From assembly GCA_029881495.1 (NCBI GenBank), contig JAOUMJ010000002.1:2087-66086 (forward strand): a stretch of 64,000 bases of DNA, written 5' to 3'. The notes beneath the pieces are model-generated. The model was not told the origin of the DNA, did not search any database, and was given only the letters and a program-made list of their open reading frames with translations. The stretch is from Nitrospinota bacterium (GTDB lineage Bacteria > Nitrospinota_A > UBA7883 > JACRGQ01). The first letter of the stretch is position 1, and the number at the start of each line of letters is the position of its first letter. Below, one piece after another: positions 26,201-34,706 of the stretch. A program made the translations under genes and the position numbers.

Positions 26201-27995
26201 CCTCGGCGGTCAGGATGATATTGATTCGATGTTTGCCGAGATGACAGACGGGGAAACCCCCGCGGTATCTGAGGCCCCTTCCGGCGACGACCTCGGCGGT
26301 CAGGATGATATTGATTCGATGTTTGCCGAGATGACAGACGGGGAACCCCCCGCGGTATCCGAGACCACATCAAGCGACGACCTTGGTGGAGATAACGATA
26401 TAGACGCTATGTTTGCCGAGGCGGCAGGGGGGGAGACCGCTACGGTATCCGAGACCCCATCAAGCGACGACCTCGGCGGAGATAACAATTTAGATTCATT
26501 ATTTGGCGAATCAGCCGATAACACGGAGAAGGGGGAATTGGCCTCTGGAGGTGACTCTATGAATGAAGGTATTGATGTTTCATCTGACGATGATTTGGAC
26601 GCTCTTTTCGATGGAGATGCCTCGGAACCTACAGATATTTCCACTCCTGCAGAGCCGAGTTCCGCAGAGGGGACATCAAAGCAGGAAGAGGATGGGGCTG
26701 TAATAAGTCAGGATGATCTGGACGCCTTGTTTTCAGAAGAGGGTGGAGGGGACCCTGGTTCCATGGCAACTGCAGATAGTGCCGCTGATGGAGGGGAAAC
26801 TGACAGCTCCGAAGTAGATTTCGGGATATCCGGCGATAAGGATCTTGATTCGCTGTTCGATGCTGAAGCCGAGACGGCAATAATAGGAGACGAGCCTTCC
26901 TTTGACGCCACCCCTGCTGAAAGCGCGGGCGGAAGCAGCGAAGGGGGGATTGACACTTCAATGCTTGAGAGCGTTTCGGAATCGAATGAGCCTGATCATG
27001 AACTTGAGGAGACAAGCGTAGTCGAAACCCAGAGCGTGGATGGTGAGCAGAAAGTAGGAAAACTCGCCAAAGCAGTGCTGGGGGAGGAGGACGAGTTGGA
27101 TTTTGACGAGCCGGCAGAAAAGAAAAAATTTGGCCTCATAGGGAAATTGGCAAAAGTTGCCATGGCTGCCATGCTCCTTGTAGCAGTCGGGCTTGGAACA
27201 GTAACCTACACAAAAAACCAGAATCCGCTGGCGGTAATTGAGCAGGTAAAATCAAAAGGCTTCGGAGGCCTGGGGATAGGTATGTCTGAGATCCTTTCGT
27301 TCAAAGGTTCCGCCGATGTCGAAGAGATGGAGAAAAAGAGAGAAGAGGGGAAGGAAAGCGCTTCTTCAAAAGTGGATGAATCGAAATCAGACGATCAGGT
27401 CGCTGAAGGTACCGGAGAAGCTGCAGGTGATGGAGGCGGCGACACAAGTGGGGATGGCACAAGTGTTGTGGAACAGAAAGAGTTGACCGGCGTGGTACCT
27501 GTACCTGAAAGAGGTGGAACGGTGGTAGCCGACAAGACTCCGTCGCCGGAATCGTCTCTGCCGCCTTTGGAAGAGGACGCGATAGAGACAGCCGCATTGG
27601 AGCCCGCTCCGGTAAAAGCGGCCGTAACAAAAGCGATACCACCCCCGGGCGAGCGCGGAGAGGAATTTCAGTCGGAAGTCTATGAGAGAAACACGGAGCT
27701 GAAGATAGGGGTAATCGTTCCGGTAGACTTCAACGCCGAAGCCGTGAAGGTTATGACTGCTGATGTTCTGATCACGTTCCAGAACACGTCTGAATACGAT
27801 ATGGCCGACACGAAAAGATATCTGTACGAGATGGCGGTAGAAGAAGAGATCGAGAAATTTTTCCTTGATAAGTTTTATGAAGATACTCTGTATGTTCAGG
27901 ACAAAATCATTGCCCAGCTTAATACTAAATTTAAAAAACGGCCCGAGATGGGGAAAATTGCCGAAATAGATATCGAAAACTTCAAGCTGAAATGA
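23226..27995 (+). CDS. Giant acidic bitopic protein: MJ0042-type zinc ribbon + repeated xDIDxxF motifs + TM + FliL-like C-terminal domain
   Basis: CPNC..RY...CTNC..IF N-terminus; about 1250 D/E-rich low-complexity residues; TM VAMAAMLLVAVGLGTVTY; C-terminus ...IIAQLNTKF...GKIAEIDIENF. Confidence 0.9.
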   Translation: MIVSCPNCESRYDIEPGGIPQGGTYAHCTNCENIFFLKKRKKGEKPRAAAVGAGSALSERDTGEMRIAEDNGFNPDTDSFPTGEEETAQEPESLFDEMLNEGFDEGQPPGEPMEETFASQQNGVQTFSIEDENGGVEESIADAVEEDIDEFSDGTSEVLELEAPNLLMDESLAEIEEADFERDSEDHILNFEDEESDEPQTVENEISDILQSAGLFGNGEAEPIKAERGFSSMEEAGGSESEADIFDEVKSEMDMFEEVKSEIEKTAPPETMTADLAEESEVGRIFDDIKSGAVSDDSGSPSSETEFQDEIDKLFAMADGEGDASTQAVGRGVIDSILDDSSFDTEEHEGDAINGNGGYNNPFEESLLGTDSDPVHDEVDDIFSSGGLFDDESTGANAKERGLKEGTASVPMSVQDEIDELFERNQEKGQTYIMPESAVEDVLAQADQSSKSGFDDVDIDAIFAESSQQEFSHGTEPTDTEIVNLEYTPLPGESSPMDEFAGEDIESLFSEESEVPGKKDSLAEVDSEKTEYGGGGVELSLQDEINSILSDSSSDSDSPLESPEALSELDTIIFESTKRGDSAKGQSDVDSLFDVSKENDKPEPAPAELPTSSGSGAQFNIDAIFAEAAGGGSTGSAEPEASKGVSSGEEIDIDAIFAEVKGGGSTGSAEPEASKGVSSGEEIDIDAIFAEVKGGGSTVSAEPEASKDVSSDEEIDIDAIFAEVKGGGSTVSAEPEASKDVSSDEEIDIDAIFAEVKGGGSTGSAEPEASKDVSSDEEIDIDAIFAEAQGGGSTVSAEPEASKDVSSDEEIDIDAIFAEAQGGGSTGSAEPEASKDVSSDEEIDIDAIFAEATEGIDAELTDSDTSSSVDQGGQADIDAFFAETTGEKNVIPVVADKEIDVNLGGQNDIDAMFAEAAGGETATVSEAPSGDDLGGQDDIDSMFAEAAGGETATVSEAPSGDDLGGQDDIDSMFAEMTDGEPPAVSEAPSGDDLGGQDDIDSMFAEMTDGETPAVSEAPSGDDLGGQDDIDSMFAEMTDGEPPAVSETTSSDDLGGDNDIDAMFAEAAGGETATVSETPSSDDLGGDNNLDSLFGESADNTEKGELASGGDSMNEGIDVSSDDDLDALFDGDASEPTDISTPAEPSSAEGTSKQEEDGAVISQDDLDALFSEEGGGDPGSMATADSAADGGETDSSEVDFGISGDKDLDSLFDAEAETAIIGDEPSFDATPAESAGGSSEGGIDTSMLESVSESNEPDHELEETSVVETQSVDGEQKVGKLAKAVLGEEDELDFDEPAEKKKFGLIGKLAKVAMAAMLLVAVGLGTVTYTKNQNPLAVIEQVKSKGFGGLGIGMSEILSFKGSADVEEMEKKREEGKESASSKVDESKSDDQVAEGTGEAAGDGGGDTSGDGTSVVEQKELTGVVPVPERGGTVVADKTPSPESSLPPLEEDAIETAALEPAPVKAAVTKAIPPPGERGEEFQSEVYERNTELKIGVIVPVDFNAEAVKVMTADVLITFQNTSEYDMADTKRYLYEMAVEEEIEKFFLDKFYEDTLYVQDKIIAQLNTKFKKRPEMGKIAEIDIENFKLK
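25086..25780 (+). repeat. 96-bp coding tandem repeat, 7 full units + partial
   Basis: Units start at 25086, 25182 ... 25758; encodes IDAIFAEVKGGGSTGSAEPEASKDVSSDEEID. Confidence 0.95.
25929..26510 (+). repeat. 90-bp coding tandem repeat, 6 full units + partial
   Basis: Units start at 25929, 26019 ... 26469; encodes DLGGQDDIDSMFAEMTDGEPPAVSEAPSGD. Confidence 0.95.
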
Positions 27996-28097
27996 CGTAT
28001 CGGCGCGCCCAAACCTGAATATTTCTCTTTTGCAAAGTTTTCATTTTCTTTTTTTTGTCTCCTTGTTTTATCCTTTCCGAGATGAGAATATCTATAC

Positions 28098-28760
28098 ATG
28101 GCAAAAATATTGATCGTTGATGACGACCCGAATATAGCCCTTCTCCTTGAGATGACGCTTCAGAAAAAAGCCGAGTATTCCATCGAAAAGGTGACAGACG
28201 GGCAGAAGGCGCTTGAGCGTATAAATGAAACGAAGCCGGATCTTATCCTTCTTGACATCATGATGCCGGGAATTGACGGGTATGAAGTATGCCGAAGGCT
28301 GAAGATGTCAAACGATACCAAGTATATCTCGGTCATTATCCTTTCGGCGAAGAGGGATATCCAGGACAAGATCAAGGGTATGGATATCGGGGCGGACGAC
28401 TATATTGTCAAGCCTTTCAATCCCGACGAGCTTCTTACACGGGTTCAGGTGCAGTTGCGGATTCGAAAGCTGGAATCGGAAATAGTGGATAAAAAGCAGC
28501 TTGAAACGGTCCTTGCGATGTCCGTTACCCTTCAGCATGAGATCAACAATCCCCTGGCAGGGATACTGGGGAACGCTGATCTTTTAAAGGAGTGGAAGAA
28601 TCTCAGCGACGAAGAGGTGGACGAATCGATCCAGGCGATCGTGAAACAGTCTGCAAGAATAAGGGACATCGTACATAAGATGTCCACGGCGACAAAGGTG
28701 GTTGAATCCACCTATCTCGGCGATACCAAGATGATAGATATTACAAGGCTTAATCCGTAG
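28098..28760 (+). CDS. Response regulator with C-terminal HisKA-like helix (no HATPase domain)
   Basis: ILIVDDD, DLILLDIMMPGIDG, YIVKPF, then TLQHEINNPLAGI; the ORF ends about 60 aa later. Confidence 0.9.
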   Translation: MAKILIVDDDPNIALLLEMTLQKKAEYSIEKVTDGQKALERINETKPDLILLDIMMPGIDGYEVCRRLKMSNDTKYISVIILSAKRDIQDKIKGMDIGADDYIVKPFNPDELLTRVQVQLRIRKLESEIVDKKQLETVLAMSVTLQHEINNPLAGILGNADLLKEWKNLSDEEVDESIQAIVKQSARIRDIVHKMSTATKVVESTYLGDTKMIDITRLNP

Positions 28761-28799
28761 TATTAGAGCCTTTTCAATTTAATCAGGGAGTGGGGATTG

Positions 28800-29345
28800 C
28801 TACTTCAGCAGTTCCGCAACGACATGCTCCATCGCGTCAAATCCTTTAGCAGCGTCCCTTACTGCACGGATCGTCCCGAGCCTGTCGGCAACATAGAATG
28901 TCGCGTATGAAGCGTGACGGAATTTTTTTCGTTCAGTATTATCAATATCCGCGAAGGCGTAAAATCCGTCAGGCGTATCGCTGAAATTTATGGAGCCATA
29001 TTTCTTTCTCTGTTCGTCCGACGCTGGAACCTCTATGGCGAGAGTTACAAGCCCCGATAGATGGTACTTCTTCTGAAGCTTGTAGGACCACGAAAGCATC
29101 TCTCTGCTTATTTCGACGTCACCTTTTGCGAAAAACAGGAGAATGACCTTCCCCTCCGTGTCGTCCATTGAGAGGGGAGCGGTAAGCCATTGGTTGGATA
29201 TGATCTCCGGCAAAGGCTCTCCTTCCATAAGCCGGGACTGGAAAACGTTGAACTTGACCGCGATTATGAAAAACCCAACGAGCAGAAAAGATCCGATGAA
29301 GATATTGCGGCTTGTCCTTTGTATGTTCTTAAGTGCGGGTTCCAT
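28800..29345 (-). CDS. Membrane-anchored thioredoxin/redoxin-fold protein lacking CXXC
   Basis: N-terminal TM; EGEPLPEI...EGKVILLFF...YATFYVADRLGTIR pattern. FFAKGDVEIS sits where FWATWCxxC is expected. Confidence 0.65.
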   Translation of the reverse strand: MEPALKNIQRTSRNIFIGSFLLVGFFIIAVKFNVFQSRLMEGEPLPEIISNQWLTAPLSMDDTEGKVILLFFAKGDVEISREMLSWSYKLQKKYHLSGLVTLAIEVPASDEQRKKYGSINFSDTPDGFYAFADIDNTERKKFRHASYATFYVADRLGTIRAVRDAAKGFDAMEHVVAELLK

Positions 29346-29424
29346 TTCTATCCGGTAAAATGCGCGGCGTTTCGCAATTCTATGCGGTGAGCAAAAATCC
29401 TATTGCCCCATCCGCCGGGAGGCA

Positions 29425-30894
29425 TCAGAGTGTCGGCGTCTTGGCGGAAATGGAAGGGTCGCGAAGTTTCTCATAGGCCGATGCGGCTGTAAAGAGGGCA
29501 GGTTCGCCCCAATGGTTTGCCAACATCTGAACTCCCAAAGGTCTGCCGTTTTTGGATGAGAATCCGGCCGGTATAGTAATTCCCGGTATGCCGGCGAGGT
29601 TTGCGCTTACAGTGAAGATGTCGCTGAGGTACATCTCAAGCGGGTCGCTTGTTTTTTCACCGATATTGAAAGCAGGGGAAGGGGTCGTGGGGGTTAGGAT
29701 GATGTCGCATTTGCCGAATGCCTTTGTGAAATCCTCCGTAATGAGCGTCCTTACCTTTTGCGCCTTGATGTAATAGGCGTCGTAATATCCGCTGGAGAGC
29801 GCATATGTTCCTACCATTATCCTTCGCTTCACTTCGGTGCCGAAGCCTTCAGTGCGGGAATTGATATACATTTCGGCAAGGTTCTCGCCGTTTTTGCTTC
29901 TGTACCCGTATTTCACGCCGTCGTATCGCGAGAGGTTGGAGCTTGCTTCCGCAGGGGCGATAACATAATAGACAGGTATGGCGTATTCAGTATGAGGGAG
30001 CGATATCTCCTCAATCCGCGCCCCTTCGCTCTCAAGCCTGGAGGCGGCCCCCTTCACGGCGGCGAGCGCTTCCGCATCGGTTCCTTCAATCAGGTACTCC
30101 TTTGGAATCCCTATCACCATCCCTTTAACACCCTTGTTCAGGCTTTCCGAATAGTCCGGGACCGGGAGGTTGACCGAGGTGGAGTCCATCGGGTCGAATC
30201 CGGCGATGGCCTGCAGGATAGTGGCCGAATCTTCAACGGTGTGAGACATAGGGCCGATCTGGTCCAGAGATGAAGCGAAAGCGACAAGGCCGAACCTGGA
30301 GACCCTTCCATATGTAGGCTTTAATCCGACAATTCCGCAAAGGGCGGCGGGCTGGCGTATGGAACCTCCGGTGTCGGAACCGAGAGAGCCGGGGCAGAAT
30401 CCGGCGGCAACAGCCGCGGCTGAACCGCCGCTGGAACCGCCCGGCACCGCCTTCAAATCCCACGGATTTTTACACACTCCGAAATGCGATGTTTCGTTTG
30501 ATGAACCCATGGCGAATTCGTCCATATTGGTCTTCCCAAGAAATACGGCTCCCGCCTGCTCGAGCTGTTTTATGACGAAAGCCGAGTATGGGGAGCGGAA
30601 GTTTTCGAGGATCTTCGAAGCGCAGGTAGTTACGACCCCTTCGATGTTTATGAGGTCTTTTATGGCAAGCGGAACACCGAGTAAAGGGCCTTTCTCGCCG
30701 GCGGCAATCCTTTTATCAGCCTCCTCCGCGTTTTTAAGGGCTATTTCCCTTCCAACGGTAATAAACGAGTTGATATCCCTGTCATGTTTTTCGATCCTGC
30801 CAAGGTATGCCTCGGTTATTTCCCGGGAGGTGATTTCGCGCTTTCCGAGTTTCTCCGAAAGCGACCGGATTGTCTGGTAGAAAATGTCAGCCAT
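29425..30894 (-). CDS. gatA: Asp/Glu-tRNA amidotransferase subunit A
   Basis: [51 protein letters not shown]. Confidence 0.97.
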   Translation of the reverse strand: MADIFYQTIRSLSEKLGKREITSREITEAYLGRIEKHDRDINSFITVGREIALKNAEEADKRIAAGEKGPLLGVPLAIKDLINIEGVVTTCASKILENFRSPYSAFVIKQLEQAGAVFLGKTNMDEFAMGSSNETSHFGVCKNPWDLKAVPGGSSGGSAAAVAAGFCPGSLGSDTGGSIRQPAALCGIVGLKPTYGRVSRFGLVAFASSLDQIGPMSHTVEDSATILQAIAGFDPMDSTSVNLPVPDYSESLNKGVKGMVIGIPKEYLIEGTDAEALAAVKGAASRLESEGARIEEISLPHTEYAIPVYYVIAPAEASSNLSRYDGVKYGYRSKNGENLAEMYINSRTEGFGTEVKRRIMVGTYALSSGYYDAYYIKAQKVRTLITEDFTKAFGKCDIILTPTTPSPAFNIGEKTSDPLEMYLSDIFTVSANLAGIPGITIPAGFSSKNGRPLGVQMLANHWGEPALFTAASAYEKLRDPSISAKTPTL

Positions 30895-30906
30895 CAAGCA
30901 ATCCCA

Positions 30907-31203
30907 CTATTCAATTATGCGGGGGACGGAAAAATAATTCCTGTCCTTTGCGGGGGCGTTGTCCAGGGTCAGTTCGGTTTTGAAATTATTTGTATGTTCG
31001 TCCGCCCTGAACACGTTTTCCGACTGAAGCGCGTGGCTTGTGGGGGGGACGTTGCCGGTATCGAGCTTTTTCAGCATGTCGATATGCCCAAGTATCTGGG
31101 CGAGCGTCCCTGTCATTTTTTCCAGCTCGGCGTCATCGAACCTCAGGTTTGCAAGGGTCGCTACTTTCCTCACCTCATCGCCTGTCAATTTGGCCATTGT
31201 CAT
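30907..31203 (-). CDS. gatC: Asp/Glu-tRNA amidotransferase subunit C
   Basis: EVRKVATLANL, LDTGNVPPTSH, NVFRAD, NAP...YFSVPRII. Start moved to ATG 31203 (or 31197). Confidence 0.93.
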   Translation of the reverse strand: MTMAKLTGDEVRKVATLANLRFDDAELEKMTGTLAQILGHIDMLKKLDTGNVPPTSHALQSENVFRADEHTNNFKTELTLDNAPAKDRNYFSVPRIIE

Positions 31204-31268
31204 CTGTGGGACGCTCTCTTGGACCGCCATCGTTTCTTTCTTTTTTTCTTCTTGGTCGAGCTTGCCAT
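31200..31268 (-). CDS. 22-aa highly basic peptide (MASSTKKKKRKKRWRSKRASHR), possibly bS22/AURKAIP1-COX24-like
   Basis: Perfect AGGAGG RBS 4 nt upstream of ATG; stop overlaps gatC start (ATGA); too short for the ORF track. Confidence 0.6.
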   Translation of the reverse strand: MASSTKKKKRKKRWRSKRASHR

Positions 31269-31279
31269 TTGTCCTCCTG

Positions 31280-32113
31280 TTACAGTTTTTGGTAAACGGG
31301 TATCCCGTTAGCGTTGACAAGTTTAAAGTTTTTCGAAACATTGTGCAACGTTTCCGAGTGTCCCGTAAAAAAATAGCTGTTATCCCCCATTATTTTCGAT
31401 ATTCCATCAACGACCTTTCTTTTGGTTTCAATGCCGAAGTAGATAAGGATGTTGGCGCAGAATACGACGTCGAAGTTATCATATCCCTGAGGGTATTTGG
31501 GATTGAGCAGGTTGATCCTGTCGAACCGAACTTTGGGGAGTTTCTCCTTTTTCAGCTTGTACCAATCGGTGTGATTTTCGAAGAAATTCTCCCTGTATTC
31601 CGGCGGCATGTTTCGAAGGGAGTGTTTTGAGTAGTTTCCGGCTTCGGCCATTGCCAGAACTTCCGTATTTATATCGCTTGCGTACAGTTCAAGGGATATC
31701 CCTTTTGGGATTGCGTTTTTACGCGCAAGTATCATCGCGATGGTATATATCTCTTCACCGGAGGAGCTTGCGGCGCTCCATATCTTTACCTTGTTATTGC
31801 CGGATGTTTTTTTTACACGCAATATTTCTGGCAAAAGTATGTTTACAAGGGCGTCTATCTGCGCGACGTTTCTGAAGAACGACGTTTCATTCGTGGTTAC
31901 GGCGTTTATGAAGTGTTCGATCTCGGTTTTACTACTCTTTGGGCCGTCAATAAGGGGAAGGTATTCTGTGAAACTCGAAAGTCTCAGGTCGTAAAGCCTC
32001 TCCTGAAGCCGGGCTTCAAACAGGTATTTTTTAGCGGAATCATAAAGGATGCCGCATTCCCGGTTGATGACTTTTGACATCACCGCAAGCTCTTCGTCCG
32101 TGAGTTTGATCAT
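31280..32113 (-). CDS. cheR: CheR-family methyltransferase (second copy)
   Basis: TTNETSFFR, KIWSAASSSGEEIY, ASDIN, CANILIYF, GHSETL. Confidence 0.92.
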   Translation of the reverse strand: MIKLTDEELAVMSKVINRECGILYDSAKKYLFEARLQERLYDLRLSSFTEYLPLIDGPKSSKTEIEHFINAVTTNETSFFRNVAQIDALVNILLPEILRVKKTSGNNKVKIWSAASSSGEEIYTIAMILARKNAIPKGISLELYASDINTEVLAMAEAGNYSKHSLRNMPPEYRENFFENHTDWYKLKKEKLPKVRFDRINLLNPKYPQGYDNFDVVFCANILIYFGIETKRKVVDGISKIMGDNSYFFTGHSETLHNVSKNFKLVNANGIPVYQKL

Positions 32114-32319
32114 TTCTCCCCGATTATCACTCCTGGGTATTCCCAGACTTATTTTAAATATATCCCTCCATTATCCTCCCGGCAAATCTGGAAAACCATC
32201 GGTAAAATAAAATATTTTCAGCATCCTCCTTCAGTCTCCACGCATTATTCAGGGATGTATGGGGAAAAATAAATCAATTGAAACATTGACTGAAAACAAA
32301 TGACAGGTAAAATGAAGGA

Positions 32320-32796
32320 ATGTTTGAAAAAACCATTGAAAGGCTGGAAGAAGAGCTGATGAAGCTGAACTACCAGTTTACGGTCGAAATACCGAAAGAG
32401 CTCAATACCGCGGTTGCGCTTGGGGACCTGAGCGAAAACGCCGAGTATCACGCGGCAAAGGAAAAAAAACGGAACTGCGAGAGAAGACTGTCGATGATAA
32501 AGGGGCGCATCCGGGATCTTAAAAAGCTCGACATCTCCAAAATTTCAAAAAGCGGGGTAGGGCTCGGAAGCATAGTAACCCTCGAGGACCTCGATTCCGG
32601 CGAGGAGAAGATCTACGAACTGGCCGTGGCGGACGACGTGGACGCGGAGAACGGCAAGATTTCCATCATGGCACCGGTAGGGAAGGCTCTCCTTGGGAAA
32701 CAGGTTGACGACGAGGTGGTAATAAACATCCCAGCCGGCAAAAAGGAGTATGTGGTCACAAAGCTAGTCACCATTCACGACCGTTCGGATCTGTAG
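32320..32796 (+). CDS. greA: Transcription elongation factor GreA/GreB family
   Basis: GDLSENAEYHAAK, ISIMAPVGKALLGK. Confidence 0.92.
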   Translation: MFEKTIERLEEELMKLNYQFTVEIPKELNTAVALGDLSENAEYHAAKEKKRNCERRLSMIKGRIRDLKKLDISKISKSGVGLGSIVTLEDLDSGEEKIYELAVADDVDAENGKISIMAPVGKALLGKQVDDEVVINIPAGKKEYVVTKLVTIHDRSDL

Positions 32797-33005
32797 TATC
32801 CCCTGGGCAGTTTCGGAATCACCACCCCGGTAAATCCATACACGCTTTGCTGTTTAGTTAAAAATGAGGATCCCGCTCCTCTCCTGGCGAAATGCCGTCA
32901 GAATAGGTGAAATAACCGCTGAAAAAGCCCCGAAAAAGATTCTGCGAAACTTACATCCGGCTGGGGCGTGCCAGTTTTTTATAAAGAAGCTCTATACCGG
33001 TTCCG

Positions 33006-34706
33006 TCAATTACCGATCATTTCCCTGGCGTGTTGGCGGGCGGTTTCGGTGACCTCTTTTCCTGCCTGCATACGCGCAAGCTCTTCGACACGCTCCTCGT
33101 CGCTCAATTTCACGATGGAGACGTCCGTATCGTTGTTCTTCACCGTTTTCTTTACGACGAAGTGATGGTCCGCCTGGCGCGCTATCTGGGAGAGGTGCGT
33201 GATGCAGAATATCTGGCAACTCTTGGAGAGCTTTTTCAACTTCTCCCCGACAAGGTCAGCCGTCTTCCCTCCGATGCCGCTGTCTATCTCATCGAACACC
33301 AGTACCGGGACCGGCTGTATCTTCCCGATGGCGGTTTTGAGAGCGAGCATGATGCGGGATACTTCTCCCCCGGAAGCGATCTTCACTAGCGGCCTTGGCT
33401 CCTGCCCTTCATTGGTGGATATAAGGAACTGGAAACTACCGAAACCGTGGTGGAACATCCTGGCCGGTTTTCCATCGAGAGTATAACCTTCGCCTCCATC
33501 CGATTCCGGAAGCAATACTTCCACGGCAAAGCGGGCGGAGCCCATGTTGAGACCCGCCAGCTCTTCTTCGACAGTTTTCTTGAAACCGGCGATCCCTTCG
33601 ATACGTTTTTTATGCAATCCCTCGGCTTTCCGACCGAGGGCAAGTTTTTGGGAGGCTATCTCCTTTTCGAGCTTTTCGGTAACGTCGCTTGCCGTGACGA
33701 TCGAATCAAGTTCTTCCCTCGTTTCGTCCAGCATCTTCAGGAGTCCGGGGAGATCCGACTTGTACTTTTTTTTCAGCCTCTCAATGAGAGCTATCCTCTC
33801 TTCGACCGTTTCCAGGCGCGCCGGGTCGTCCTCCACGTCGGTCGTGCGCGAGAGTATCTCCCTTGCGCTGTCGGAGATCTGCGCGGACATATCGGAGAAG
33901 AGAGCGGAGTATTGGCTGAAGAAGGGGTCTATCCTGCCGAGTTTTTCAATATCCTTTGCAGATTCCTCCAGGCCGGAGAGGATTGACGTTTCGGAATCGT
34001 AGAGGCGGTCGAACAGTCTCTGCCCCGCCTGTCGAAGCTCTTCGGCGTTCGCGAGCACCTTTTGTTCCTTTTCCAGCTCCCCCTCCTCGTCGATATTGAG
34101 GCCCGCCTTTTCGATCTCATTCAGTTTGAATTCGAGGAGTTCTCGTCTTTCGACGGCATTCTTCTGTCGCTCGTTGTGCTCAGCGAGTTTCTCTTCCAAC
34201 TCTCTTATCTGCGTGAGGAGTTTCGAAACTTCGCCCGATTCCTTTATCAATTTCAGGTAGAGATCGAGCCAGGGGAGGTGGCTGTCCTTTTTCAGCAGGG
34301 CTTGGTGCTCATGCTGTCCGTGGATATCGACCATTTTTTCCGCGCCGTTCTTGAGCGATGCGAGGGTGATGGCATTCCCGTTTACCACGATGCGGCTTTT
34401 GCCCTCTTTTTGAAGCAAACGTCTGATTATGTATTCCCCCTCTTCGGGCTCTATTCCCTGTTCCACAAAATCGGGGATAGGGGAGAGTATCGTTTCAGCG
34501 GATATCAAGGCTTCGGCAAATCCGTCCAGGTTTTTATCCTTCAGGTTGGAGTAGTCCGCTCGCTCCCCAAGGAGAAGGTTGAGCGCGGAGAGGATCATCG
34601 ATTTTCCGGCGCCTGTTTCGCCAGTCAGGATGTTGAGCCCTTCGCCGAACTCCATTTCGAGGCCGGATATGAGCCCTATGTTCTTTATCTTCAGCTTTTT
34701 AAGCAT
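33006..34706 (-). CDS. recN: DNA repair protein RecN
   Basis: TGETGAGKS, IHGQHEHQ, ASGGEVSRIMLA, FDEIDSGIGG, CITHLSQIA. Confidence 0.96.
   Translation of the reverse strand: MLKKLKIKNIGLISGLEMEFGEGLNILTGETGAGKSMILSALNLLLGERADYSNLKDKNLDGFAEALISAETILSPIPDFVEQGIEPEEGEYIIRRLLQKEGKSRIVVNGNAITLASLKNGAEKMVDIHGQHEHQALLKKDSHLPWLDLYLKLIKESGEVSKLLTQIRELEEKLAEHNERQKNAVERRELLEFKLNEIEKAGLNIDEEGELEKEQKVLANAEELRQAGQRLFDRLYDSETSILSGLEESAKDIEKLGRIDPFFSQYSALFSDMSAQISDSAREILSRTTDVEDDPARLETVEERIALIERLKKKYKSDLPGLLKMLDETREELDSIVTASDVTEKLEKEIASQKLALGRKAEGLHKKRIEGIAGFKKTVEEELAGLNMGSARFAVEVLLPESDGGEGYTLDGKPARMFHHGFGSFQFLISTNEGQEPRPLVKIASGGEVSRIMLALKTAIGKIQPVPVLVFDEIDSGIGGKTADLVGEKLKKLSKSCQIFCITHLSQIARQADHHFVVKKTVKNNDTDVSIVKLSDEERVEELARMQAGKEVTETARQHAREMIGN

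Noticed and set aside
25086..26510. Regularly spaced repeats as a CRISPR array
   Set aside because: Whole units (96/90 bp, multiples of 3) repeat with no unique spacers, they are in frame in a CDS, and there are no cas genes.
30907..31341. 144-aa GatC with long N-terminal extension
   Set aside because: The extension overlaps cheR and the RBS-supported basic peptide; family similarity starts at about 31203.
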